A DNA stretch of 64,000 nt from Haliotis rufescens (taxonomy: Eukaryota): contig NW_025964001.1 of the NCBI RefSeq assembly GCF_023055435.1, forward strand, positions 43,090,001-43,154,000, read 5' to 3'. The position numbers and the translations under genes are program-made. The notes below the pieces were generated by a model. It was not told the DNA's origin and did not search any database. It saw only the letters and a list, made by a program, of their open reading frames with translations. How positions within the stretch are numbered: the stretch's first letter is position 1; each line of letters opens with the position of its first letter. Of the stretch, positions 27,401 to 40,179 are shown piece after piece.

Positions 27401-30400
27401 AGCTGCACAACCAGCGGGACATCGAACGTTTCCTGTAGCCACCTACACACACGGGAATGCGGGGAGTGAGTGATTGGTTTTACAAGCTTTAAGCAATAGT
27501 CCAGCTACTTTCCAAGAGGGAACATCAAGAATGAGCTTGACATATTTGATTAGTTAATTTTGTTTCCCTGTGGATAATCCAACCAAGATTAGAAATCCAA
27601 AGCAAACACCCAAACCACTATGCAACCCTGCCACACCATGATCATAACATTATCTCAATCATAACATTATCAACATAATAAAATAAAACATCATCTTGAC
27701 TAACTACAAACAAGCAAGAAATACTCATATACCCTGCCAATATGACATGTCCGGTTGTGTGGAGCACTACCGCCATTTTGAGTCTAAGTAAAAAAAGTCA
27801 ATGCCATGGAACTCGAAAGATAATTTTTTCAAAAATCCCAAACTATCAAAAGGCACCAGTTCACCACTAAAACCTATCCATTTGCAAAGTGTAGTTAAGA
27901 CATCACTCATGATTTTTGTGACCAGCTCTGGATATGAAACGTGACAGACAGATGGACGGAAGGACGGACAGCACCCATTCCTATATTCCCTTCCACTTCA
28001 TGTTTTGGGATAATCCCACTTGGGATTATTCAGCCAAATGAAATTTGGACTTACTTTGTAATGACAAATGGTATGAGATGACCCAAATGCATGGCCTCTG
28101 ATGATGGTCCGCGGCCAGTGTACAGGTAGAACGGTTTCTTTTTCTCATACATTTCCAATACTTGGTGCAAATCCCTGGAATGATCAAGATATTATACATG
28201 GTAAACTGACAGGTAGAATCTCAACAAGCTTCAACATGGTGAAAAATCATAAATGAAATTCACAATACTAAACATGCTAAAAGACTGATGACGACCTTAT
28301 TGGACATAACTTTCAAATCTATTCATAGTATTGTGCTCTGGTTTCAAATCAAACAAACACTGACCATATACATGATATAAATTATGTAGACCAAATTCAT
28401 ATTGTTGTTTTTCCGATGTCATTTGTTTTCCTAATAATGTGCCACACAGAAAACATTTTAAAATTATTTCTATAGATAGTGTTTAGTATCTTCAAGATCA
28501 AAGTCGTGCATAAAAACTTCCAATTTAGAAACAACCAAAAAACCAAAACAATTATGACAACAGCAGTTGACAAAAATCATATACATGTGTTATTAATAAG
28601 AACTGGGACAAATAACTCTTTTGTTATGTTTATGATTACGATTTGTTTGTTTGCTTGTCAAGTCTGGACCAGACATTCCAGTGATTGATATCATGAGCAT
28701 CGATCCACGCAATTGGGATACAATTGACATGCGTCAACCCAAGTCAGCGAGCCTGACCACCCATTCCGATGAGTCGCCCGTGAGTCGCCTCTTACGACAA
28801 GCATAGTTGCCTGATACGGCAAGCATGGGTTGCTGAAGACCTATTCTACCCCGGATCTTCACAGTTCATCAGCTATGAAGTATTTAATGTACTAATAAGA
28901 AACTTTAGCAGTTTTTTAAGTCCAGATTTGTGTTATGAACAACTTGTAGTACATTTAGACATGGAAGTTGTTTTTAATACTGGAAATCTATCATCTCCAA
29001 AGATGTCTCCCTTTACCTGTGAGAGAAGAAAATTCCCCTTCGAATAAAATGATGGACCGGTTTCCCCGTTACTCTCTCCATTTTGTCAATGAGTGCCTGG
29101 TCAATCTTTGAGCTTCCAAATTTCACTGGAAAAAGAATGTCAATAAACAATCATAATAATAATTCACTGAACAAATGGCCCACCAAATGGAAGCACATCA
29201 TCCAGGGATTTGTCTAGACCTGCTCAGAGGTCGATATTCAACTACAAATCTGTAGCAAGTGTCATTAATATTTCCAAATGGGAATCAAAATATGAATTAA
29301 ACAATATTCTGAATTCATGTTAAGGTACTGAACAAAAACAATTAGGATTCATGAATAATTGGGGGATATTTGTTGTCATTAAGACTGAACATAAAGTTTT
29401 AAAAAATATCCCCAAAATCACCAATTTTTTGGGTTGAGTATTCATGGTATATATATATAAACATATATATAGCTAATAACTAATGTTAAGATTTTGTAGA
29501 GAACCTGTATTTCACTGATAACAAGACCAATAAATATGAAGAGGTATTAACATGGTGATCATGGTGATGTCATGATATCTCACAAACAAGAGATGTATGT
29601 TACTTCACTTTGGACAGGGATGGTTTTTATCTTTCCATGATACACAAAATTGATTGTCATAATATGTCAAGTATATATTTAAATAAAATGACATATCTGA
29701 CTATCCCTATCAAAAGTTGAGTAGAATATAAACAAGATGCTTTCTTCATGTTCATCATTGTTCATAATGGATTTTACCATATCTTTCTTCTACCTTAGAC
29801 GACTGGGCCACCCGTGCCCCCTCATTTCAGAGACTAGATGTTAGTCTACCATTTGTCAAAAGGATAAAACTAAACGAAGGATCTGTCTCTCCTTTGTTTT
29901 GTTCATCAACTGGACATGTCCATGAACAAATTACCCCAAGTGTATCATATTTGTTCTCATATACAGTATTTAGGCTGAAACTTTCTGTCATAGTCTGTCA
30001 CATACATTTAGTGTTTTCCTTTGGCAAGTAGAATGAAAGAAATATAATGGACATCAGTGTACAAATTATTGTTGTCTGTAGTATTTTATTCTAGGGCACC
30101 CACAATTCTTATGATTTCTAAGAACATTCACCCATGCTAAGTTGGAATTTTGTCATTACATTTTGCCCCTACTGCAGTAGTCATGTTAGTGCATAATCCC
30201 AACTGAAATGTGATCCATGGAAGCCATGGTTACAAAAAGGCTCATGCATCACCTTGAAACTGGCAACCACATAAAACCTGACCAAAGTGGCTTCAGGAAG
30301 GGACACTCGTGTCTAGATCATATTCTAAGACTGGAAAATGAAATAAAAAAAGCTCAATTAAACAGACAATACCTAGACGCAGTATTTCTGGACTTCAGCA

Positions 30401-33400
30401 AAGCCTTCGACATGGTATGGCATGACGGACTCCTCTCAAAACTAGCACAAAATGGAGTAGAAGGGAACATGGCAAACTTCATAGACAGCTTCCTGCAAGA
30501 CAGGTCGCTATCAGTTAAAATAGGGAACAATTGATCGGATCCTATGGCACTGGACAATGGCATGCCACAAGGCAGCATTATAAGCCAAACCCTGTTTAAT
30601 ATCATGATCAATGATCTTTTTGACCATGTCAACTCTCCTACCCAAACTTCTAAGTTCGCTGATGACGGAGCAATATGGGTAAAGCACAGAGATATTTCAC
30701 AAATCAGAAAAAAACTCCAGTCAGCCCTGGACGGAGTAGATCAATGGTGCAATGGGGATTCACCCTTCCAAGTGAAAAAACTGTTGGAGTTCTATTCAAA
30801 CACCGGGGGATAGATGCTATGATACCCCGTGTCTCCATAAAAGGCAAACCTATCAAATTCGAAAAATCTGCAATATTTCTTGGGATGATCCTTGATCAAC
30901 ACCTCACTTGGCGCAAGCATATAGAATATGTCGAAAACAGATGTAAAAAAAACCTGAACGTATTACGGGCAATTTCAGGCACATCTTGGGGCACATCGAG
31001 GGACACTCAGCTGGACCTCTACAAAGCTCTTATCAGATCAAAAATTGACTATGGTTGTGAGGCTTTTCCTTCAGCATCAAATACTGTCTTGAGGCGCCTA
31101 GACAGAATACAATACAAAGCCTTAATGCTAGCCACAGGCGCAGCGACAGGCACCTCACTAGAAGCACTACAAGTAGAAACGGGAGAACTCCCATTGAAAC
31201 TAAGAAGAGAGCAGACAATATTATCGTTCTGGGGACGAACATCAAACCCTTTGGTTAAAAAGATATGGCAAGACAAAAACACTCGAGATGAAGCCCTAGC
31301 TCGTAAAAATCCCTCACTAAAGCCATCTGGGATATTAGTACGTGAACTCATTCGAAGTCACAATTGCGATGACATTCAGCCTCCATAAAGTCACTACAAA
31401 GGGTTACACCCTCCCTGGACTTTAAAAACTCCCAAAGTTGACACTGCTTTAACATCAGAAGCCACTAAAAGAGAAAACCCAACCCTACTACGATCAGTAG
31501 CTATCACTAAAATTCAAACTACCTGGGACAGCTGGGCCCATATATACACTGATGGATCCAAGAATCCTATCAACAACAGTGTTGGTTACGGGATCCATAT
31601 CCACAGCTCCAAACCCCAAGCACATTCAGTTCGCTTGCCTGATGGTCAGTCAGTATTCACGGCTGAATTGGAGGCAATTCATCATGCACTCAAACTCATA
31701 CCGGAACTCCCGGAAGCAAAGGCAGTTGTCCTATCAGACTCGCTAAGTGCACTTCAGGCCATCAGTGGCAGAAACTCAAACTCCAGGCCAAACACAGTCA
31801 ACAATATTCTATACGAATATACAAAACTATCGGACCAAGGGCAACAGGTGGAGCTGTGTTGGATCCCCTCTCACATAGATATTCATGGAAATGAAAAAGC
31901 AGACTCACTGGCGAAGCTAGCTCTAGACAAAGCGGATATACAGCCTATTCCCTTTAGTAAACTAGAGATAAAAATCAAAATCAAAGCCTCCATAGCAGAA
32001 AGATGGCAAGCCGAATGGGGCGCAAGTAAGATCGGCAGATGGCTATACAAAATTCAACCCAAGGTCCAACAAAAGCCAAACTCATACTCAAATGAAAGGA
32101 AAATTGAAATTGCTATCTCACGCCTCAGACTTGGTCACAGAAAGCACAATGACAAGGTTTGTTCATCTTGCAATCAGACTGAAACCATTGACCACGTGTT
32201 ACTAGAATGTCAAGACCATGCCCCAGCCCAGGCTAAAACAAGAATTGCAGTTTGATCCGCTATCTGTCATAGATCTCCTAAAGCCAAGAGATGCAATGGC
32301 GAAGCCAAACTAACTCTATTTCTGAGAGATGGACAGCTGCTCGAACCTATATAAACAGAGCACCCAAGGATAAAAATGAAATCATATCAATATAAGAAAA
32401 TAGAAATCATATCAATGCAAAAACAGAAATTATGTGAACACCGAACTCATAATAGATATGTGAACCCTTCTCACACACAGGAGTCCCAAAGAGGGACAGA
32501 TCAGCCGAAATTGCCTAAGGCGACCTCTTAAACACCTAATACAACAACAACAACAACAACAACGATCCATAGACATGATCGAGGCCAAACTAAACAGATG
32601 GTAAGTTTGGTGTAGTGAACAATAAATACTATATAGTAACTAACTCTCATGACATTAATCCAATTTGTTTGTTCAAATTGATCGTGTTTATGTTTTACTG
32701 TTTACTTGACCAGGTTGTTGACAGCGTTGTTGCTAGTTTTGAGACAAAGTACTAGATCTATTATTTCAAATGTATCTAAACATGATAAAAAAAATAGATG
32801 GGCTGTTTTCCGATACTTTGAGTTTTTTATCATGATCAATATCAATCTAATGTAATAGTCCAGTTCCTTATGTACTTTTGTTGAAAAAAATTGGAGATTA
32901 GCAAAACTATACATATTCTGAAAGCTTTCAATGTACAGATGAAGAAAACCAATGTTTCCAAATTTTCCCATCATTCATTTGGCGGCCATCTTGGATTTCA
33001 AGATGGCGGCCATTTTTGCCCATATTTGTCAAGTCTAAGGCTTCTGAGGTGTTTATTTTGTCATTTAATTGTTTATATGTGATATTATGCTTACTCATAT
33101 GTAATTTAGACATGCTTAAGGTAATGATTTCACATTCTTAACAAAAAACTACCTCAACTTTTCTAATATCTTAGTTGGATTTTGCAATATTATCAGTAGT
33201 GTGGATAGAATCCTATACGTTACAACTGTCTATCACAAAGTAAAATTGTTTAAGAATATATTGTACCTTAATTATCATATGACCCCTTAAAAACTGTCAT
33301 TTATCCAATAATTACCTATGGTTATATGTTTCTCCAGCAACTCAGCAACATAAGAGCCATCTGTATCAATGCCTTGGCATTTAAATTTTCAAAATGTCAC

Positions 33401-36400
33401 ATAGAATTGTCATAGTCACTTTACACCAAAATAGGTCCCTTGAAGTCTTGAATAATAAAGTCACAATTCTTGATATGTGTCTTGATATCATATTCACAGA
33501 GAGTCATCAAACATGTCATTGCTGTCATCACCATCATTAGTTGACATATTTGTGTCATCGTCGTTCCCACACACTCAGGTGCAGAGGCAGAGTTCTGTAC
33601 ATGACAAGTTGTTTGATCGACATGTACATCTTTGGGTCAAACAGTCTTTCCTACACTGACACCTCAACATCTCAATAATAGCTTTGGGGGCTGGGAGAAC
33701 ATCCATTGTTGTTGGTTGGATCCGGTTATCTTTGTCCTTATGGAATCCATGTTGAAGTGGATCTAATTGGATCTGATGGGCGATATTGGCTTGACCCCAC
33801 ACATAAGCTTGAATATGAACCCTCAGAATGTGCTGCTTTAGAGCACCCAGTGTTGGTGGTAGCTTGTCACTCTCTGCCATATGTTTGCAGAAGAGATACC
33901 ATCTGAGCTCTGGAATATCTGTCACAGAGAGGCCTTTTGGACAGTAAACACTGCATACAAATCTGGCCAATGTTGAAATTATTTGGTCACAGAGTTCATC
34001 ACTTGTAGTCAGCACAAGGAAAGCATTAACAATATCATCATCCGTTTTCAAGTATTTCTGAAACCATGTTGCTTTTCCTACTCGGGAAAATCTGCCTGTA
34101 TTGTCAGCTCCTGTGAAGGCATGGAAGGCTGGCAAAGCTGATGATTTCTTCACACCTAGGGCTGTCCAAAGAGGCTTTATTGGAAGAACATTTGAGTCCA
34201 TTGAGAGTGTTGTGTTTTCCAGGAGACTGCTGTAATTTGCAATGGTCAAAACAAGGACATCAGTGTCAGGAGAGAAGATTGTCAACTGCGAGTTCCTTGG
34301 ATTGCGCTGTGAAGCTGAAATAGCAAGATATATCATGAGTGTGTCAGCTTCTTCATGATTGTTAGCTTCAAACTCCAAGTCTCTGTTGCTCCTGGTACAG
34401 CCGGATGCAGATGCAATAATGGTTTGAGACGAATCAGCATTATACTCCAGTGTCTTTTCTGCGAGGTAGTCTGTCAGATCAGCTTTTGTTTGGTCATGAG
34501 ACAGAAAACGATTTAACTTGATGTGCTTGATTCTGGTGTCATCTCTAATTTGGTACTGAATAGGATCTCTTCCTTGGCGTCTCTTTTCTCTTGTTGCAGA
34601 TTTGAGGGAATCTTGCTTGTATGTGTCAAAAGCAAGTATGACCTCATCAAACCCTCTTGCCAGGTTCATCACTCTGTCATCGAAGCACTGACTGAGATCT
34701 TCAACTGTTTCCACTGTATTTGGTAACTTTGTCATCTTCTGAAGTACAACCATCCCATCTATAACAGCAATTTTTCTTGGGATGTTGTTGAAGGTTTGAT
34801 TTTGTTCTGTGTCACTGTCATCAACTGTGTTCTCTGGCTGACTTGCTTCATAGTTCATTGCTTCTTCATTTACAAACTTTGTAAGACTGCTGATCAACTT
34901 GGACTTGTCAGTGCATGGTAACAGCAATCCACTTGGTGAAAACAGTGACCTTGGAGTCAGTGTGAACTCAAAGTTACCAATTGCTTGTTTCAAGTCAATG
35001 TCTCTACTTGATCTGGCAAGAACCATCAGCCTTCCATACAAATCTTTTGTTTCTCTGAGATCCACATTCTTATCTCGGAGACGAACTGTTTGCTTTTGGC
35101 ATCCTGACATGTACATCTTGTTGTTTTCCCTCTTCACTGGTGCCCAAAGACTCACTGGCCCGTTGATTCGTTGAGACACGTACTCTTCATAGAGCTTCTT
35201 TCCTGTTTCATCAATGTGTAGGATCTGAGACACAAACTCTTCAGGGACATAGGCATGCGTCATTAAGTTAAAGATCTTGTCACCTTCAAAAGCAAATGGA
35301 TTACCATGATCCAGAACAGCAGATTTGATCTTGTCAACTGCAGTGTGATCCCGACAAATGACTCCTGGTGAAAGGTCATGATGTTCTTCCATATCTTTTG
35401 CCTCTTGATGAAACTGACTTTTGTACTCACTAGCAAGACGAGAGAGTTCTGGAGAGGCCAAAAAGAAATGCTGCCTGGCATTGGAATTGTTTGAGATACC
35501 AATCAAGCCTGAGTGAACTTTCATTAATCTGTTCAGATGTTCACATGCATGATCAGCTCCTATGGATGTAAATGGAATGTCTTTCTTTGTAACTGATATG
35601 TTTCCAGCTTCAAACTCCTTCCAAGTCTCGGGGAAGTCGATCTTCAGGGCATGCATGTCAGCAATATATCGGGGCCACAGTCGTTTGTACTTGAGTCGGT
35701 CCATAGCAAAGAATAATCCGCTCAGTTCTTCTCCAGCCTCAAGATGAAGCTTCAGATCTGCATTGCGAGAAGCTGCTATGAAGAACAGAATTGTCTCAAC
35801 TCGATGTAGATAATTCATCAGTGATTTGAACATAGCATTCTTTGATTTCTCAGTCTCCCATTTCAGAAATGATTCCATGACTTCTTCATTCTGAATTTGA
35901 CCATTAGAATGTTCATCTTTGACAATTTTAGCCTTTGATGATTTATCAGTCTTCCTGCATGCCCTTTCGATTTCAGCTGCTGTTTCCACACAAACTTCTT
36001 GAAGTTGAGGATAATCCTTGAAGAACTCTTGCAATGCTAATTCATAGAGTGCCATGTAGGTATACATATGAGCCCGCAGACAACGTTTGTAATGCGTACA
36101 TGTAAGAACCTGTCTTGTTGTTGTGGGGCCAAAGACATCAGCTTCCATCCATGCATCATCAATGCCAGAGGTTTCTATGGACGTGCCTAAAGCTCTCAGC
36201 GCAGCCATGACAACATGCAGTTCTCCCAGTCGTGGCACAATGTTTTCTTTCAGTTCAGGCTTAGCATCTAGGAGTTTGATTACCTTCTCATAAAGGGTCA
36301 TGTCAAATGTGATGACTGTAGGATGTTCATTTCCAACTGCTAGTTCTTTCAACTTCTTAGCTTGCAATATGACAGTGAGCAGTGTAGACCATTCATGTGC

Positions 36401-39400
36401 TACTTCTGGAAGGAGTGGTAGGGCACCAACTCTAGTTGTTGATTGTCTCTCTGACAACAAAGACATGTAGCCAGCCCATCCAGGAATCATGCTAGCTTCT
36501 TTCTCATCATCTGTTCTGGCTATCATGGAAGCAACAACCCAGCCAAAGTGTGTCAAGTGATATGACTTTCCAATACCTGCTTTGTTGGTTATAAATTCTT
36601 TGTCTTTTGAATGTGGATGGTTTCTTGGATTTGGTTTTTCACAGTGAAGCATCTTGGTATGGTAGGGAGCCACAGAGAGACTGTTTGCTTCAGTGATCTC
36701 AAGGGGTGGTGATATCTGCTGTCCAGTTGCTCCAGTGCTCTGATATACAGCAGTAATAGTCCCATGTGTGGTGCCTTTGCCATCATGAGTGTCCTCATCA
36801 AAGTCTGTGTTGTCACAGCAAAAAAGACAAAGGAACCTTTCCTCAGAAATGGTGGAACATATAACCCTTGGAACTGTCTGGTGTTCTTCACAACTGCATT
36901 GGCCAGAGCTGTTTCCAACATTAGAGAACGTCTGTATGGAATGCAATAGTTGTGTGCACTGAGTAGATCCATGATCATCTTGTTTCTTGTGTCATGGTGG
37001 ACTGTAAGGCCTAATCCTATTATTTGAGGATTTTCTCTTCCATTGTGAGATCTGAATGTTTCACATTCTCTTTTCTGTGTATATTTAACTTGTCTTCTTG
37101 ACTTGAAACCGTACATTATGTTCTGGCATACAGTCAGTACTGTTCTGTCAACAACGCTGGCTATTGCTTCATTCTGAAGGTTTTCAACAGTTCCCACCAT
37201 CATCCAGCGTATCAGAGTGTACAGCTCGATTGGGACGTCATTAATGTTACTTGTAACAGATAGGGGATTGTTTATTTTGTCATCTCTGTCAAAGGCTTCT
37301 ATACTCTTTCGTACAAGCTGTGCTGACTTGTATATAACCTTCATGTTGTCCATGCCCTGGTCGTTTTCAATTGCAGCATGCACCATCTCTTTCTCGCAGG
37401 CTTCAGGGGAGTAGAGAACAGCCGGTTGTCTTCGGTCTTTTTGCTGAACAGATCTGACGGATGGTAATTCTGTAAGTATCCTATCTTTCAGCCACTGCCT
37501 GGAATAAGTAGGTACATGGTCAGACAAGCAGTCTATACCTCCCAGCATGTTGATATATGTAACTTCAATATCTCCCATTGACAGATAGGCCTTGTTGTCT
37601 GTCTGTCTACATACCAGATTAATAAGTTCGGTTAAACAGGCACTTTGATGTCCAGATTCAGATCGCTTGTTTTCTTTGTGGGCTTCCTGGCGAAAACATG
37701 AAATACATTTGTAGTCCAGCAGTTTTTGTGGTATCTTACATCAATGGAATGGGCATCACTAGGAGAGATTGATGAATAAAGTCTGGTCTTTAAGGCAGGA
37801 TTGTTTGAAATTTCAACGGCATATCTTAAATCTTCCCCAGCATTTAAGGTCCTGACATTAAAAAGTGGCTGTCTGTCCTCTTCCTGGCAAAAGAAGCACA
37901 AGTCCTTGACCAATGGCATTGTAGACGACCGTGTAAATGGTGTGGATGTTTCCTCATGGAGATCTGTTCCTTTCCTTTTACGGCCTCTCTTTTTTGAAGG
38001 TGTGGAATCATCAAGTATTCCTTTCTGTGTCCTGTCTCGTGCTCGCTGTATTTGATCGCTGTTGGTAGCATTGGAGTAGCAAGTCCGATGCCAGGCAGCA
38101 CTGTGAGATGATAAAGTCTCTCTGTCACAGCCTTCAAGTCTTCGCCATATACTAGTATATTCACCATCATGGACATTCGCTCGTTCAAACAAAACATGGA
38201 GTAAGCGGTCGTAAGAATAAAATCTTGGTTGGGATACTGGTATGGATGATCCATGATGGGCATTCTTTTGGCACAGAATACAAAGATTCCAATCTGTAGT
38301 GACTGATGTTGATATCTTCTGACTCACTTGCCCAAGCTGTGGTAATGATATCATCATTTAGGTTGAAACTTTCCTGAAACAAACAATACTGATCATAAAG
38401 TAAAAATAGAAGAAAATAGAAATAGTATTTTTTGTTTGTTTTATAATCAAACATCCTTTATTAAAAATATATGTCCAGAAATATTTTTAAAAAGTGTTTG
38501 TGCTCTTTAGTAAAAAAATTCATTTCAAGTCTTCATACTAGAATTTGCTATTATTCATAGTTGTTAGGAAAACATTACTAAAAATGTTTCATGTATACTA
38601 CAATATCTTATGGGTTTTATTTTGCAAGTGAAATTACCAAAATATTTAACGTATCATCTGAGGTCTGCAAGCAAAAGTAATTAGTTGTCTGGACACAACA
38701 ATATGTGACATGCACAGACCATTGCAGTGGGGCCCTTTTAAGGATGTATTGAAAATTGTTTTTAATGCAAGCATATAAAATTATTACATGTACTTTTAAA
38801 AGATTGGCATGCTACGTAAAGTATATAAATTATCTATGAAAAATTTAAGAAACAAGAATAATTGCAATATTTAACAAAAATAATTATACTGAATCCCTAA
38901 ACGGGCCCCAAGGTATCAGACAGCATATAACTTTTATGTAGCATAACTTGAGCTAAATAGAATAGTTTACACTAAAATTGAAATTTCCTGAAACTGAATA
39001 TACGCTAGGAAGCATTTCTAGTTAAGTTTAACATGTAGCAAATGGTTGCAATATACTTTTAATGAAACAGATCAAGCCTATGTTGTCAGTCATGTTATTA
39101 TGAAGAAATCATTGCCATTCAATTTCTCAATAATTATCAATAAACCAACATAGATAGCACGCGTCATAATATTCTATAAATATTCACTCACCTATTTAGA
39201 TGAATTTCAGCAAGTCTTGGTTGATGATAAGCCTTCCTTGATGATGGAAAAACTCTTCTTGTCAGAGTTGTCTCGGCCATGTTGACTTGAAAGGTCAATG
39301 TCACAAGGGGAGATAACTCATTTTCATAATATTTACCTACAACTAGTCATTATTGCTGTCATTTACCCTGGCATCAAGTGGTCAAGTTTGAGCGTCATTT

Positions 39401-39707
39401 ATTCGCAAACTATGGACCCCAAAAATTGGAAACATTGGTTTTTATGTTGAGTAGCCTCTATAGTATGTAAAAATACATACAGATGCAAATCTCCAAATTT
39501 TTTGAACGAAAAATTAAAAACGTACACAATACAATGGACTATAAGTTACGGTCTCTGGTACAACTCACCTATCAATTTATCGTAATCGATTCCCTTCGCA
39601 GATGAACTTGCAACATTCCACGGATCAACGAAATCCTCTTCCTGAGTCTTGTCCAGGCCATCGCCGATACTCATGTTCTGAACAGCTGCGGATTGTTCAT
39701 CAGCCAT
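21489..39707 (-). CDS. WARS1: Tryptophan--tRNA ligase, cytoplasmic (8 coding exons, ~412 aa)
   Basis: Exons 39707-39569, 29125-29017, 28174-28055, 27442-27260, 26759-26546, 25088-24915, 23262-23122 and 21647-21489, all phase-compatible. Motifs: [28 protein letters not shown] (HIGH), [39 protein letters not shown]. Confidence 0.97.
21757..22259. mobile_element. MITE with long TIRs (CATCTTCCC...GGGAAGATG)
   Basis: TIRs of ~55 bp; 8-bp TSD AAATATCA / AATTATCA. Relatives at 12428-12520 and 23400-23486. Confidence 0.8.
25234..26575. repeat. 39/40-bp minisatellite (~34 copies) made of the WARS1 exon-5 end plus splice donor
   Basis: The - strand unit is TGTCTGATCCCCTG(G/C)(G/A)CTATTGACCAG|GTGAGTTCTCCC(T). 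Confidence 0.97.
28643..28868 (-). mobile_element. Family A retroposon copy (WARS1 intron 2)
   Basis: Matches the consensus, with an internal deletion near the tail. Confidence 0.8.
30219..32563 (+). mobile_element. 5'-truncated I-group (I/Nimb-like) LINE with RT, RNase H and CCHC finger; disabled
   Basis: RT motifs [22 protein letters not shown] and FADD; RNase H motifs YTDGSK, AELEAI, SDSLSAL and [15 protein letters not shown]; CSSC..HVLLEC finger. (CAA)n tail and GATCCAT TSD at 30212-18 and 32564-70. Several stops and frameshifts. Confidence 0.9.
32856..39541 (-). mobile_element. AcademX DNA transposon, full length (6.7 kb), disabled
   Basis: Termini TAGTCCA...TGGACTA, flanked by TAA TSDs at 32853-55 and 39542-44. 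Subterminal inverted blocks TTGAAAAAAATTGGAGATTAGCA / TGCAAATCTCCAAATTTTTTGAA and AAAACCAATGTTTCCAA / TTGGAAACATTGGTTTT. It encodes the Academ-type protein listed separately. Confidence 0.85.
33494..38357 (-). pseudogene. Academ transposase + XPG/FEN1-like nuclease + C-terminal Cys-rich zinc finger (~1600 aa reconstructed)
   Basis: ORFs 38357-37632, 37578-36589 and 36946-33575 join via frameshifts at ~37695 and ~36815; an in-frame TGA at 33575 precedes VCGNDDD... Motifs: N-terminal CxxC/HxxC fingers, [23 protein letters not shown], ITFD, PRLGELH, DHACE; XPG-like [27 protein letters not shown]; CQCRKDC..CTC..CTELCLC. Confidence 0.85.
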
Positions 39708-40060
39708 ATTGGCTATTACTGCTCACGTAAACAAACGAAACAGGCTCCTTTGTATGAGATTCACAGGCCTAGATCACTTTCTCTAGGTGACTATTTCGAC
39801 CATATATTGAACATCTATCTGATTCTTTTATATCATTTCCGATGTTTAAATATCATAGGAAGTATCGAATCTCTATCGACATACACACGTGTTGCATCAT
39901 TCGTGCAGACGATGGCGACGCCTGTAACACACGCTGTGATTGGTAGGTCACGCCTACGAGATTTGTGAACTGTATCATCATTGGTTATTAATCGGTAGAT
40001 TTCCAAAATGGCTGCGCCCATGGAGGATATTTCTCTCCTGTATGTCACGTTTCACCATGG
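39708..40060. promoter_or_regulatory. Putative bidirectional promoter shared by WARS1 and WDR25
   Basis: Lies directly upstream of the WARS1 ATG, between divergent genes, and is relatively CpG-rich. YY1-like motifs: AATATGGCTG over the WARS1 start (- strand), GATGGCG at ~39910 and CAAAATGGCTGC at 40004-40015. ATTGG (CCAAT) boxes at ~39939 and ~39980. Confidence 0.55.
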
Positions 40061-40179
40061 TATTAGTAGGACGTATCCAATGATGAAACTTGGTAGCAAT
40101 GTGAAAATATTTCACTTGTAAGCAATCTTCTTCAACTGTCAAAAAAATGTTTTGTTTTCCAAACTTAGGGTTTTATTGG

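Noticed and set aside
33575-33577. In-frame TGA within the Cys-rich finger as selenocysteine or readthrough
   Set aside because: The element already has two frameshifts, the TGA is not at an expected Cys position, and no SECIS is evident. A nonsense mutation is simpler.
39569-39707. WARS1 lacks the N-terminal WHEP domain
   Set aside because: Expected, since the WHEP appendage is a vertebrate/chordate feature.
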